64,000 nucleotides of DNA, from positions 64,001 through 128,000 of the forward strand of contig JBIIPZ010000001.1 of the NCBI GenBank assembly GCA_044342325.1. The letters are read 5' to 3'. The DNA comes from Terrimicrobiaceae bacterium (GTDB taxonomy: Bacteria > Verrucomicrobiota > Verrucomicrobiia > Chthoniobacterales > Terrimicrobiaceae). A model generated the notes under the pieces. The model did no database searches. It was not told the DNA's origin and worked only from the letters and a program-made list of their open reading frames with translations. Both the position numbers and the translations under genes were made by a program. This document shows positions 38,907-48,341 of this stretch, one piece after another. Numbering within the stretch: the stretch's first letter is position 1; each line of letters opens with the position of its first letter.

Positions 38907-39046
38907 ATTAATTTAGTTTGAACTTGGGCACATTTTTAACTGCTAAGAACTCCTCAAATTCGGCGTTCTCCCCTTGATGCGGCGACTTTTTGACCAAAAT
39001 TACTCCATGCGGTCAATCGTCTTGTTGGATAAAATGGGAATTCCCT

Positions 39047-40696
39047 TCAAAATTTCCCGCATTCGAGTTCCAGTGTGATGGTCGGGCGGTCGCAGATATC
39101 GGCCGGGCCGAAGTATTGAATTGGGCCGGGGAATGCGTATTGGGTTTCCTTCGCCCAGGAGGCGCGGTGTTTTTCGAATTCCTTGAAGGCGGGGCCGTCA
39201 AGTTCGACGAGGGCTTTTTTGATGACGGGCACCATTTTGCCGTGGCGGCGTTCCATGTTCATCATCTGGGCCATAGGGATGCCGCCCGCTTGCCAGTCGG
39301 CGGCGGGTTTGGTTAGGCCGCGAACGGAGCAGATGTAGCCTGTGAGGCCCTCGCGGAGGAGGAGGGCGGCGGTGAAGCCGAGCGTGTAGGTGTAGTCGGC
39401 GTCGAAGTTCGACGGCACGGCGCAGCGGCCTTCATAGCCAAAATAGTGCGGCTGGGGCGAGAAGCTGGCTTTATAGGTGCCGGCGGCTTTCATTTCTTTC
39501 AAGCGCGCTTCGACGAGGTCGATCAGGAGGCGCTGGGTGTCAATGCGGGCGACTTGCACATTACCGTGCGGATCGCGGTCGAGGATAAGTTGATTCGCGA
39601 TGTCATCCGGCAGGCTGCGATAGAGCGATGCGGCGGCTGCGGTGAGCTTCGCGGCGACGAATTCGCGTTTTTGCGGGAGCGTTTCCAGGGCGTTGAAGGC
39701 GTCGCCGTGGTGTGCGAGGGTGTCGTTGAGTTCGCCGATGAGGGCGCCCATTTCCGGAACGAATTCGATGAGGCCTTCGGGAATGAGAACGGTTCCGAAT
39801 TTTTCGCCGTTGTCCGCGCGGTGGGCGACGGTGTCTGAGATCTGGTCGACGATTTGCTTGAGCGTGAGCCCGCGCTCAGCGACTTCCTCGGAGATGAGTG
39901 TGATATTCGGATGCGTCTGCAGCGCGCATTCCAGGGCGATGTGTGAGGCCGAGCGGCCCATGAGCTTGATGAAGTGCCAGTATTTGCGGGCCGAGATGGC
40001 GTCGCGCTGGATGTTTCCGATGAGGTCGGAGTAAACCTTGCTGGCCGTGTCGAAACCGAAGCTTGTCTCGATGTGCTCGCCGCGCAGGTCGCCATCAATC
40101 GTCTTCGGAACGCCGACGACGCAAAGCGGGGCGTTGTTGGCTTTTGCAAACTCGGCGAGCTTCGAGGCGTTGGAATTTGAGTCGTCACCGCCGATGACCA
40201 CCAGTGCGGTGAGATCGCGGGATTTTGCGGTTTCGAGGGCTTTGAGAAAATCCTCGTGCGATTCGAGTTTCGTGCGGCCCGAGCCGATGATGTCAAACCC
40301 ACCGGTGTTGCGGTAGCTCTCGAGGAGCTTGGCGTCGATTTCGATGCCCTTGTTCGTGAGAAGGCCGTCCGGGCCATTCAGGAAGCCGATGAGCGAGCTT
40401 TCGGGATGGATGCTTTTAATGGCGTCGAAGAGACCGGCGATGACATTGTGTCCACCGGGCGCAGGGCCGCCGGAGAGGATCACGCCAACGCGGATCGGCG
40501 AAGCTGCGGCTGGTGCGGAGCCTTTTTCAAAGGTCACAGCGGGTAGGTCGAAGGTGTTTGGAAAAAGGGCGCGGATTTCGCTGTTGCTGGATGTCGGTAA
40601 CGGAGTCTGCTTCGCGGTGGATGCCGCGCTGAGCGAGGCTGGGAGCTTGGGACGGTATGCTGAACGGGCTTGGGCGAGTGCTGTTTGCTGGATCAT
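39047..40696 (-). CDS. pfp: Pyrophosphate-dependent phosphofructokinase (long clade)
   Basis: SGGPAPGGHNV, GGDDSN, PKTIDGDL, KLMGRSASH, GYEGR. Confidence 0.95.
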   Translation of the reverse strand: MIQQTALAQARSAYRPKLPASLSAASTAKQTPLPTSSNSEIRALFPNTFDLPAVTFEKGSAPAAASPIRVGVILSGGPAPGGHNVIAGLFDAIKSIHPESSLIGFLNGPDGLLTNKGIEIDAKLLESYRNTGGFDIIGSGRTKLESHEDFLKALETAKSRDLTALVVIGGDDSNSNASKLAEFAKANNAPLCVVGVPKTIDGDLRGEHIETSFGFDTASKVYSDLIGNIQRDAISARKYWHFIKLMGRSASHIALECALQTHPNITLISEEVAERGLTLKQIVDQISDTVAHRADNGEKFGTVLIPEGLIEFVPEMGALIGELNDTLAHHGDAFNALETLPQKREFVAAKLTAAAASLYRSLPDDIANQLILDRDPHGNVQVARIDTQRLLIDLVEARLKEMKAAGTYKASFSPQPHYFGYEGRCAVPSNFDADYTYTLGFTAALLLREGLTGYICSVRGLTKPAADWQAGGIPMAQMMNMERRHGKMVPVIKKALVELDGPAFKEFEKHRASWAKETQYAFPGPIQYFGPADICDRPTITLELECGKF

Positions 40697-40756
40697 GGAA
40701 TGCGATAAAGGAAGGCGCTTTATTAGCCTTCTCAAAAACGAACGCAAGCGCGGCTT

Positions 40757-42112
40757 TTACTCGGAAGCGGGCGGTGTATCCTGGGGCAGCGTAGTGCTGG
40801 TTGGATCTACAGACGGGGAGGGATTCGGCGTCGGGCTAGGACTTGGAGTCGGCGAAGGTGTTGGCGTCGGCCACGGGGGCACAAGATTTGGCCATTCGTG
40901 CAATGGCACGGTGAGGCCGCCGAGTTCCTCAGCGAGTTGAGTGCATTTTTCCCGCCACTTCGCGAGATCAGGCGGGCCGGGGGATTCATCGGCCGAACCA
41001 GGGAAGACGAGGTAGGTCACATTGAGGTCGCTGGCGGCGCGGATGATATTCGACGAGCGCTGGCTGAGTTCGCGGCAGAGCAGGAGTGAGGCCTCGCCGA
41101 CTTTGTGGGAGGGGCCGGAATCGCCTAGGATGGCGGGATAGGCCCGGCCCTCGTGGATTACGATGGCGTAGTCCCCGATTTTCGGCACGAAGGGGCCGGT
41201 GTGGTCCCTCATGATGAATCCCGGTAGGACGATGAAGGGGTCCACCGAGGAGACCAGAAAGCTCCATTTCTTCAGGTCGTGGATGCGGCGGGTGGCGAGG
41301 TCGATGCCTTCGTTGATCTGGGTCACGCGTGCTGGCTTAAGTTCAGGCTTGAGTTTTTCGGCTTTGAAATCGGCGAGTCGCTTTTCCTCGATTGCCAGCA
41401 TGAGATTCGCCCGCTCGGTCTGTTTCGGCCAGCGATAGCTCGTCTGGGGAAGAAAGAAAATGGATGACGAATCGACTTGGACATTGCGGTCGCCATCCGA
41501 GCCGTCCGTGTTCACATCCATGTCAGCTATGACGAGCAGCGCGCGGCGCGATGTGGCGGTGTTCTCGAGCTCAAGCATCGTCTCGCAGTCGTAAAAATTA
41601 TGCCGAGTGAGCACGGCGTCGAGGTTGGCTAGCTTGCGGTTTAGGTCGTTTGTTTTGAGTTCGTAGATTTTTTCAAAAAACGGAGACACCGAAGCGCTGG
41701 TAAGCAGGACGGGAAGGTCCTTGAAAACGCTGGGCAGCGAGGGGTCGCTTGCCGCGATGTCTTCGAGCGCGAGGGCCGGGCGTGGCAGGCGGGCGCGCAA
41801 GGTCAGCTCGACTTTATAGGCATCCGGGTCACGGCGGTCCTGCGATGCCAGTTCGTTCGATGCATTCGCAACAGCGGCGGATTCCAGCGAGATGCCGCTG
41901 AAGAGCGTGGCCGTGGGAAGCGGCTTGCGAACCAGAGCGGGTATCGGCTTGGGCGTCGGGACCGGTGTCGGCGTGGGGGAGGGCATTGGCGTTGGGGGAG
42001 GAGGGGGTGGCGGCGGAGCTTTCGGGCAGGCGGTGAGGCTGAACGCGGCGAAGCACACTCCGAGAGCTGCAAATCCCCTGCGCCACCTGCCTGCCGTCGC
42101 GCCCGTTTTCAT
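40757..42112 (-). CDS. GH75 (chitosanase-like) lipoprotein with Pro-rich arms
   Basis: Lipobox LTAC, MDVNTDGSDG, GDSGPSHKVGEASL (Asp/Glu spaced as in fungal GH75), YLVFPGS. Confidence 0.75.
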   Translation of the reverse strand: MKTGATAGRWRRGFAALGVCFAAFSLTACPKAPPPPPPPPTPMPSPTPTPVPTPKPIPALVRKPLPTATLFSGISLESAAVANASNELASQDRRDPDAYKVELTLRARLPRPALALEDIAASDPSLPSVFKDLPVLLTSASVSPFFEKIYELKTNDLNRKLANLDAVLTRHNFYDCETMLELENTATSRRALLVIADMDVNTDGSDGDRNVQVDSSSIFFLPQTSYRWPKQTERANLMLAIEEKRLADFKAEKLKPELKPARVTQINEGIDLATRRIHDLKKWSFLVSSVDPFIVLPGFIMRDHTGPFVPKIGDYAIVIHEGRAYPAILGDSGPSHKVGEASLLLCRELSQRSSNIIRAASDLNVTYLVFPGSADESPGPPDLAKWREKCTQLAEELGGLTVPLHEWPNLVPPWPTPTPSPTPSPSPTPNPSPSVDPTSTTLPQDTPPASE

Positions 42113-42115
42113 TCC

Positions 42116-43969
42116 TCAGGTATGGGCGATGAAGGCCGAGTAAACATCCGGTGGGATGTCGAGCATCTTGTAGTCGCTGGATGAAACGAAGAGCAGGGTT
42201 TGCTTGCCCTTGCCGAGAAGTTGTCCGAGCGAGTCATAGATTTCATGTTCCAGTGTAGCGAACTTGCGGTTGTAGCTGGCAACGCGGATTTTCACCTGCA
42301 CGGTTTCAAACTCCCGGGTTTCGCGGACAAACTTGTGCTCGAACGAGCGGGTCAGGATGTAGAACGGTGTGTTCTTGAGATTGAACTTCGGCATGACGCG
42401 GTTGAAAAATAGCTCGCGCGCCTTACCGACCCACATGGCATACATGCCGAAATAGACATTACCGACCGAGTTGGTGTCCGCATAGGTCGCGACGAGGGTG
42501 TAAACAAACCACTTGTCTTCAAAATGCCCTGCCAAGCTGTGCTGGGAGGCTCCCGGGTCGAGAACAGTGATCGGGCTCGCCACGCTCACAGCGCTCTCTG
42601 GGCGTGACGCAAAGGCTGAGGGGGCGGTGGTGTCTAATTCCGCTGTATCGCTCACGAATTCATCCGAGGAAGTGGGCTTCAGCAGCAGCCAGATCACATA
42701 GCCGAGCGGCAGGAGCGAGCCGACGATTTGCAGGCTCGGAGAACGCAGGAAGTAGCCAAAGGAAAAAATGACCACTGCAATGCTGCCGATGCAGAACATT
42801 TTCACCTGCGGAATCGCATTCGCCGGGCTGACAATGTAGCAGCGGGCGATCGCCAGGATCGAGTAGCCAACGAAGAATGTGGCGTAAAAGATCATGAAAA
42901 ATTCCAGCTCAAACTTGAGCATGACTCCCGCCACGGCGACGATGCCTGCAAGCAGGTAGGCTGGGATCGGAGATGTGAGGAGCTTGGGCGGAACGAGTGA
43001 GAAGATCGGATGGTTGCTCGTGCTGGCGTTGGATTGCAAAAACCACTTCAAAGCGATGTAGCCGCTGTCGAGCGTGGTCAGCACACACACGCAGATGAAC
43101 ACAGCATAGGCGGCGAATGTCCAAGATGACGCATTGGAGAAGACCATGGTCAGCACTTCCTGGCCATAGTTGTGCCCGGTGATTCCCACGCGAATGAACT
43201 CTCCCGCGCCCCAGTTGAGCGCCCAGAGTGCTGTGATGCCGTGCCAGAGGATGAGGCCGAAAAAGAGGAGCGAGCCGATGATATATCCGGCAGCGATGGA
43301 GACGCGCTCGCGGTGCATTTGAATCGCCCGCTGCCATTGCTGGAGGTCAAGCCACGGGCCGACGAGGAAACCGATGATGATCGGCACGGCGTAGCCCCAG
43401 TAGTTCCAGTCGTTCGTAGGCAGCTTGGGAATCGTTAGTGGGCCGGTTCCCTTTCCGAGTGTGTGCACAGTAAGAATCACCAACGCCGGAGCAAGCAGCA
43501 GGAAAAGCGCTCCATGGCTGAATTTGATGCGTTTGATGTCAAATTCCTCGCCAAACAAAATCGCCGCCGCCAGCACCACAAGCATTGTGAGTGGTAAGTA
43601 GAGGAGTTCCGGACGGAAGCCCAAAGGCGCCCAAGCGTAGCGGATGAATGCAAAGATCGTCAGTGTGATGGCGAGCAGTTGATAGAGGAAAAAAACCAGC
43701 CGGAACGGCCTCGACCAAGAGGCAAAAAATTTCGCCAGCGACTCGGATCCCGACTCCCTCCGCGCCAAGTGGTGCGTGACCAAGCCGAAGATCAGAAGCC
43801 CCAGAAAATTCGGAATCGCAAAGGTCAGCAATCCGAAGAGTCCGAATTGCGTGGTGAATTGAACAGAGAAGAACAGGCCGAGCCCCCACATCCAGGAAAG
43901 CGCAATAGAGATTCCCCACAGCACAGCGCCGAGAGAGCGTGGGATTGGAAGAGCCGAAGATTTAGCCAT
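42116..43969 (-). CDS. Polytopic SSS-like permease fused to a C-terminal hot-dog thioesterase
   Basis: About 12-13 hydrophobic segments with SIALSWMWG, DLQQWQRA, LTTLDSG; linker; then YADTNSVGNVYFGMYAMWVGKARELFF. Confidence 0.75.
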   Translation of the reverse strand: MAKSSALPIPRSLGAVLWGISIALSWMWGLGLFFSVQFTTQFGLFGLLTFAIPNFLGLLIFGLVTHHLARRESGSESLAKFFASWSRPFRLVFFLYQLLAITLTIFAFIRYAWAPLGFRPELLYLPLTMLVVLAAAILFGEEFDIKRIKFSHGALFLLLAPALVILTVHTLGKGTGPLTIPKLPTNDWNYWGYAVPIIIGFLVGPWLDLQQWQRAIQMHRERVSIAAGYIIGSLLFFGLILWHGITALWALNWGAGEFIRVGITGHNYGQEVLTMVFSNASSWTFAAYAVFICVCVLTTLDSGYIALKWFLQSNASTSNHPIFSLVPPKLLTSPIPAYLLAGIVAVAGVMLKFELEFFMIFYATFFVGYSILAIARCYIVSPANAIPQVKMFCIGSIAVVIFSFGYFLRSPSLQIVGSLLPLGYVIWLLLKPTSSDEFVSDTAELDTTAPSAFASRPESAVSVASPITVLDPGASQHSLAGHFEDKWFVYTLVATYADTNSVGNVYFGMYAMWVGKARELFFNRVMPKFNLKNTPFYILTRSFEHKFVRETREFETVQVKIRVASYNRKFATLEHEIYDSLGQLLGKGKQTLLFVSSSDYKMLDIPPDVYSAFIAHT

Positions 43970-44023
43970 TGATGCAAAATCCATACAACGACCGGATCGA
44001 ACTCGCAACTTCTTCCAAAACTT

Positions 44024-44080
44024 CCGCGCGGCAGCGCGTAGTTCCCATGGGAGGGGCAGCGTCTCGTCTGACCCAAATTT
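44024..44080. repeat. REP unit
   Basis: ccgcgcggcagcgcg..tgggaggggcagcgtctcgtctgacccaaattt. Confidence 0.8.
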
Positions 44081-44145
44081 CCAGCAAGGACGGCGCCTCT
44101 CAACAAATTGATGTGCCTACCCTGGCACATTCAGCAGTTCAAGCG

Positions 44146-44553
44146 TTAGGCCAGTTGTTGACTCAGCGTGACCCTCCCCCGTGCGATGGCGCGGGATGCC
44201 GAAGTGATTTCAAATTCGAACTGCGCGAGTGGCCCAAGCTCTCTGACGAGCGTCACGCTGGCCTTCAAAGTCTCATTGGGCAGGGCCGCGCTCTGGATTC
44301 GCAGGGCGTCCACCGAAGCAACGAACAAAGCGGCGTCGGGTTTGGCGCTGTCTTTCATCCACAGCGCTCCAGCGGTCTGTGCGGCGAATTCCATAAGCAG
44401 CGCGGCAGGCACGATGGGGTTTCCTGGGAAGTGGTCTTTAAAAAACCACAACTCCGGATTCAGATGCCATATCCCGATGCCGTTGCCATCAACGCATTCG
44501 AAGGTATCTAAAAAACGGAATCCCGGGCCGTGGGGAGTGAGTGGTTTGTTCAT
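44146..44553 (-). CDS. FabA/FabZ-like 3-hydroxyacyl-ACP dehydratase
   Basis: PHGPGFRFLD, FFKDHFPGNPIVPAALLMEFAAQ. Confidence 0.88.
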   Translation of the reverse strand: MNKPLTPHGPGFRFLDTFECVDGNGIGIWHLNPELWFFKDHFPGNPIVPAALLMEFAAQTAGALWMKDSAKPDAALFVASVDALRIQSAALPNETLKASVTLVRELGPLAQFEFEITSASRAIARGRVTLSQQLA

Positions 44554-45521
44554 TTTTCGAGACGGGAGTAGTGGTGCCATTGTTCGGGTGCACGGGTGAA
44601 GAGAGGCACAAGCCCCTCCTTGGCCAATCGCGTGGTGAAGTTCTCCAGAGTGGCTTCGCGCCCCTCGGGCAACCATACCGGGCGCAATGGCGGCGCGGCT
44701 TCGATGGCAAATTGGCCATTCGGTTCGCGCCAGATGCCGGCGGCGACGATCGGCGCGCCGGAGAGGAGCGAAAGCAGGACCGGAGCGGTGGAGAAGGGAA
44801 TGCGGCCATGCGGTAGATCGACCTCGACGATGTTGGCGTCGAAAGGGCGGTCGCTAAGCAGGGCGATCATCGCTCCGTTTCGCAGCTTGCGCGTTATTTC
44901 CACAGCAGAGAAGGCATCGTTGCCGACCACCACCGTTTCAACCCCCCAGCGTTTGCGGAAGTCCGCCCGCCAGCGGGTCAGCTCGGTCGTAGGCTCGGGC
45001 AGCGTGAGCGTGGTCATCGGATATCCCAACTGGGACATCACAAGCCCGCCGAGTTCGAAAAATCCAAAGTGTCCAGTCACGAAAAGGCAGCCCTTTCCGT
45101 CGCTGCGTGCGTCCTCGATATGTTCAATGCCTTGTTTTGATCCCAGCATGTCGAGCACTACGCCGGTTTTGCTGACGCCCAGTTCCGCATATTCGCGGAA
45201 GTTCAACGCCTGGTGAGTGCAGACTCGTGCCGCATTTTTCCAAGTCGCTTTGCGGGGATCGAGCAGTGCGATGTTCGCGCGGATTTCGCGAAGCACCTTG
45301 GGGTGCGCAAGCGCATAGCCGGCGCCAATGAGGCGAGCGATCCAGATGCTCAGCGCCTTTCCGACAAGCCGCCGCGCTGAAATCGCCAATTCAAAGGCAT
45401 GCGGACGGTAGAGCGCCTTGTAAAACTTCGCCTCGCGGTAATCCTTGCCACGCCTCGGGCGCAAGGCCGCAACCAAGAGCGCCAGCAGACCCGTAATGAT
45501 CAAAATATGTCGGAGCCGCAT
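44550..45521 (-). CDS. LpxL/HtrB-like acyltransferase
   Basis: GKGCLFVTGHFGFFELGG, IALLSDRP, APEQWHHY. Confidence 0.85.
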   Translation of the reverse strand: MRLRHILIITGLLALLVAALRPRRGKDYREAKFYKALYRPHAFELAISARRLVGKALSIWIARLIGAGYALAHPKVLREIRANIALLDPRKATWKNAARVCTHQALNFREYAELGVSKTGVVLDMLGSKQGIEHIEDARSDGKGCLFVTGHFGFFELGGLVMSQLGYPMTTLTLPEPTTELTRWRADFRKRWGVETVVVGNDAFSAVEITRKLRNGAMIALLSDRPFDANIVEVDLPHGRIPFSTAPVLLSLLSGAPIVAAGIWREPNGQFAIEAAPPLRPVWLPEGREATLENFTTRLAKEGLVPLFTRAPEQWHHYSRLEK

Positions 45522-45562
45522 AGGTGGGGTTGGCGTCTGCCGCAGTGCGAGTTTGGGTCGCT

Positions 45563-45829
45563 TTACGCGCTGGCAAGTCGCCCGTTGATCCAGTCCCGAA
45601 GCACGCCGAGGCTCTGCAGGGCATCCCTCGCCGTCGTGGCGTCGCCGATCGAGATGCCGTATTTTTTTTCTACGGCGATGATGATTTGCAAGGCGTCCAG
45701 CGAGTCGAGACCGAGGCCGTCTGCGCCAAATAACGGCGTGTGCTCGGAGATGGTGGCGACATCGATTTTAAGCATCACATTTTCAGCCAGCATGGAGCGA
45801 AGAATGTCAACGGAGGTTTCTTTGTCCAT
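45563..45829 (-). CDS. Acyl carrier protein
   Basis: PLFGADGLGLDSLDALQIIIAVEKKYGI (Ppant Ser). Confidence 0.92.
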   Translation of the reverse strand: MDKETSVDILRSMLAENVMLKIDVATISEHTPLFGADGLGLDSLDALQIIIAVEKKYGISIGDATTARDALQSLGVLRDWINGRLASA

Positions 45830-45867
45830 GGGGTCAGGCAGCGGTGGAGTAGCAGAGCGTGTGAGTC

Positions 45868-46566
45868 TCAAGCTGACCCTGCATCCAGCCTGTCTGTGAA
45901 TATATAACCATCTACTTTCAGCGTATTCAGAAGCTCGGAAAGTGTGCAAGCCCGCTCTCCCTCGCGCATGCTGCGAAGGTGGCTTTCGTGAAGCAGGATG
46001 ATGCCTCCGGGCGTTGCGCTCCGGCGGATGCGCCGCACCACGCGGGCGGGGTCGTGGGCGATGCCGTCATGACCTGTGGCGGACCAGCCCATGATCTTGA
46101 GACCGCACGCCTCGGCCGCGAGATGCACAAAGGGGTTGGCCATGCCAACTGGGGCTCGAAAATGAACAGGCATTCGACCGATTGCTTTTTCAATAGCCGC
46201 CGAGCAACGCGTGATTTCCTCCGCCGCGCGGCGAGGCCCGGCGGACCAGAAGGTCGCCGAGGGATGTGAGTAGGTATGGTTCTGCACGGAGTGTCCTTCG
46301 TCCACCATGCGTCGACAAAGTGCCGGATGGGCCTCCGCCTTTTTCCCAATCACAAAAAATACCGCCCTCACTCGTGCTTTTGCCAAAGTATCCAAGATTT
46401 GCGGGGTCTGCTGGGGATCAGGGCCGTCATCAATCGTAAGCAGGAGTTCCCTCTCTCGGGTAGGGAAGGATTTTTCGACCGCTCCGAACCAGCCGCAGTT
46501 TCGAATCACCCCCGGTAGCACGAGCATCCAACCCGCGCAGGCTGTGAGATATCGCGACTTGTTCAT
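45868..46566 (-). CDS. Polysaccharide deacetylase (CE4/NodB domain)
   Basis: LTIDDGP, NHTYSH, FRAPVG, IILLHE; ATGA overlap with the upstream acyltransferase. Confidence 0.9.
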   Translation of the reverse strand: MNKSRYLTACAGWMLVLPGVIRNCGWFGAVEKSFPTRERELLLTIDDGPDPQQTPQILDTLAKARVRAVFFVIGKKAEAHPALCRRMVDEGHSVQNHTYSHPSATFWSAGPRRAAEEITRCSAAIEKAIGRMPVHFRAPVGMANPFVHLAAEACGLKIMGWSATGHDGIAHDPARVVRRIRRSATPGGIILLHESHLRSMREGERACTLSELLNTLKVDGYIFTDRLDAGSA

Positions 46567-47369
46567 TCCACGGGATCGGAACATCGCCGGATCGCCTCTC
46601 CCTCACGGATCAGGCGTTGGCGAAAATATTCCTCCAGCGTCTGGCTGAAATCACGCGCATTGGCATGTGGGTCGGGATGAAAAACCTGGCCGGTCGAAAG
46701 GCGGAAGTGGATTGGCATTTCGAGCGGGCTTTTGAATGAGATCGCTTTCCCTAAAAAACGGCTCGTGCACTCGATAAAGATGGTTCGCACAGCGGCACCG
46801 CCTTTGATGGCGGCGAGCGCGAATCCATCGAGGAACGGCCCAATCGCACCCTCGCGTGTTCGGGTGCCTTCGGGAAAAACAATCATGTTGCCGCCTTGGG
46901 CCACAAGTCGCCGTGTCTCCTTGACCATGCGCAGCGCAGGAAGGCTGGGTATGTATGCGGCCTGCTTGGCCGGGATGGAAAAAAGAGGATGTCGCCAAGG
47001 ATTTGCTCCGACCACACAAGCCGCGTGGGGAAATTTCTGGAAAAGTAGGAGCGCGTCAAAAATCGAGGGATGGTTCGCGCAAAGAAGAGAGCCACGCCAG
47101 TTGGCGGAGTCTTCAAAGCCCACATATTCGCAGCGGGTGCAACCCATGCGCGCCAGGCGATCGAGGTATCTCGCGCAGTGGCGGCTTATGGTCTCTCTCG
47201 CCCGGAGGTGGGATGTTTCGTCATTGCCGGATGGGAATCTGAAAAGCACGGAAGCTGCTAACCAACTCGCTCCAGCTAGATAGAGAGCGTAGGCGGCGTG
47301 GAGCCGCGCAGAATCTCGCAGAGGCCTGCTCTCGAACTGAGGCGCCGGCGCAGTCGCCGAATTCTCCAT
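46563..47369 (-). CDS. PlsC-type acyltransferase
   Basis: ANHPSIFD (NHxxxxD), VFPEGTRT. Confidence 0.88.
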   Translation of the reverse strand: MENSATAPAPQFESRPLRDSARLHAAYALYLAGASWLAASVLFRFPSGNDETSHLRARETISRHCARYLDRLARMGCTRCEYVGFEDSANWRGSLLCANHPSIFDALLLFQKFPHAACVVGANPWRHPLFSIPAKQAAYIPSLPALRMVKETRRLVAQGGNMIVFPEGTRTREGAIGPFLDGFALAAIKGGAAVRTIFIECTSRFLGKAISFKSPLEMPIHFRLSTGQVFHPDPHANARDFSQTLEEYFRQRLIREGEAIRRCSDPVE

Positions 47370-47604
47370 GGAAGCGAGCCTATTGAGTGCCATCCATCGT
47401 ATGTTTGACCGAGATGCGGGTCTTTCACCAGAACAACCTCACTCCTGCTTTGGACGCTCGGCTTGTTGTGGAGGCTTGCTTTGGGACAGGCTTGGATGCT
47501 TCTTTGCTGTTTCGTCGGAGATCAAGACCAAGCCGTGCGGCGGAGTGGATTGCGTTGCCTCAGGCATGGTCGCCGAGGTATTAAATTCTGGACCAATCGA
47601 ACAT

Positions 47605-48270
47605 ATGGCAGATTCCTTTTCCGCATTTCAGATAGCCCGCGCCTATGGTCGCTCCAGATGGCTTCGAGGCTATGTTGCTGGAAAAGTCGGCACGGATCCT
47701 GTTTTCAAGACGGCGTGGAAATTTATCAGTATGCGTCGCCAGCCCGTATGGGACATCGGATGTGGATTGGGTCTCCTTGGTATTTCCATGCGCGGCGCAG
47801 GTCTCACCGAGCGCTACCGGGGCTTCGACACCAGCGCCTGGAAGGTCAATCTGGGCAAGGAGGCCATGCGGCATTTTGGTTTTGAGGAAGTGGGCTTCGA
47901 AGTGCGCGACGCGCTGTCGGTGCAGATTCCCGAAGGGGCGACGGTCTGCATGTTCGATGTGCTTCATTATCTCTCGCCACCGGATCAGAAGCTCATGCTC
48001 GAGCGCTTGGCCAAAGCGGCTGAAGCAGGGTCTCTCATCCTCCTACGCACGACATTCAAAGACGCCGGTTGGCGTTATCTGGTAACCCTTCTTGAGGAGT
48101 GGTGGACCCGCGTTAGCGGCTGGATCAGCGGGGGAGATGTCAATTTTCCTCACCGTCGGGAGTTGGTTTCCTTTTTCAAGAATCGCGGCCTCGGAATCGG
48201 CGTAACCCCGCTCTGGGGTAAGACCCCCTTCGGCGGCGAGTTGGTCGTCATCGAAAAAATCGAGGCCTGA
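47605..48270 (+). CDS. Class I SAM-dependent methyltransferase
   Basis: GKVGTDPVF, WDIGCGLGLL, DVLHYL, PLWGKTPF. Confidence 0.85.
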   Translation: MADSFSAFQIARAYGRSRWLRGYVAGKVGTDPVFKTAWKFISMRRQPVWDIGCGLGLLGISMRGAGLTERYRGFDTSAWKVNLGKEAMRHFGFEEVGFEVRDALSVQIPEGATVCMFDVLHYLSPPDQKLMLERLAKAAEAGSLILLRTTFKDAGWRYLVTLLEEWWTRVSGWISGGDVNFPHRRELVSFFKNRGLGIGVTPLWGKTPFGGELVVIEKIEA

Positions 48271-48341
48271 TACCAACGGCTACTTGCGTTTTGACTACGG
48301 TGCTGAGGCGCGGGCGTGTCGCTTTCCGACCTCCTGCGCCA

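Noticed and set aside
38907..39046. Sigma28 or sigma54 promoter for the che operon
   Set aside because: A GCCGAA is present but lacks a correctly spaced -35; the only GG-N10-GC lacks the TTGC context.
40800..42020. Pro-Thr/Pro-Pro codon repeats as DNA tandem repeats
   Set aside because: They are low-complexity protein linkers with varied codons.
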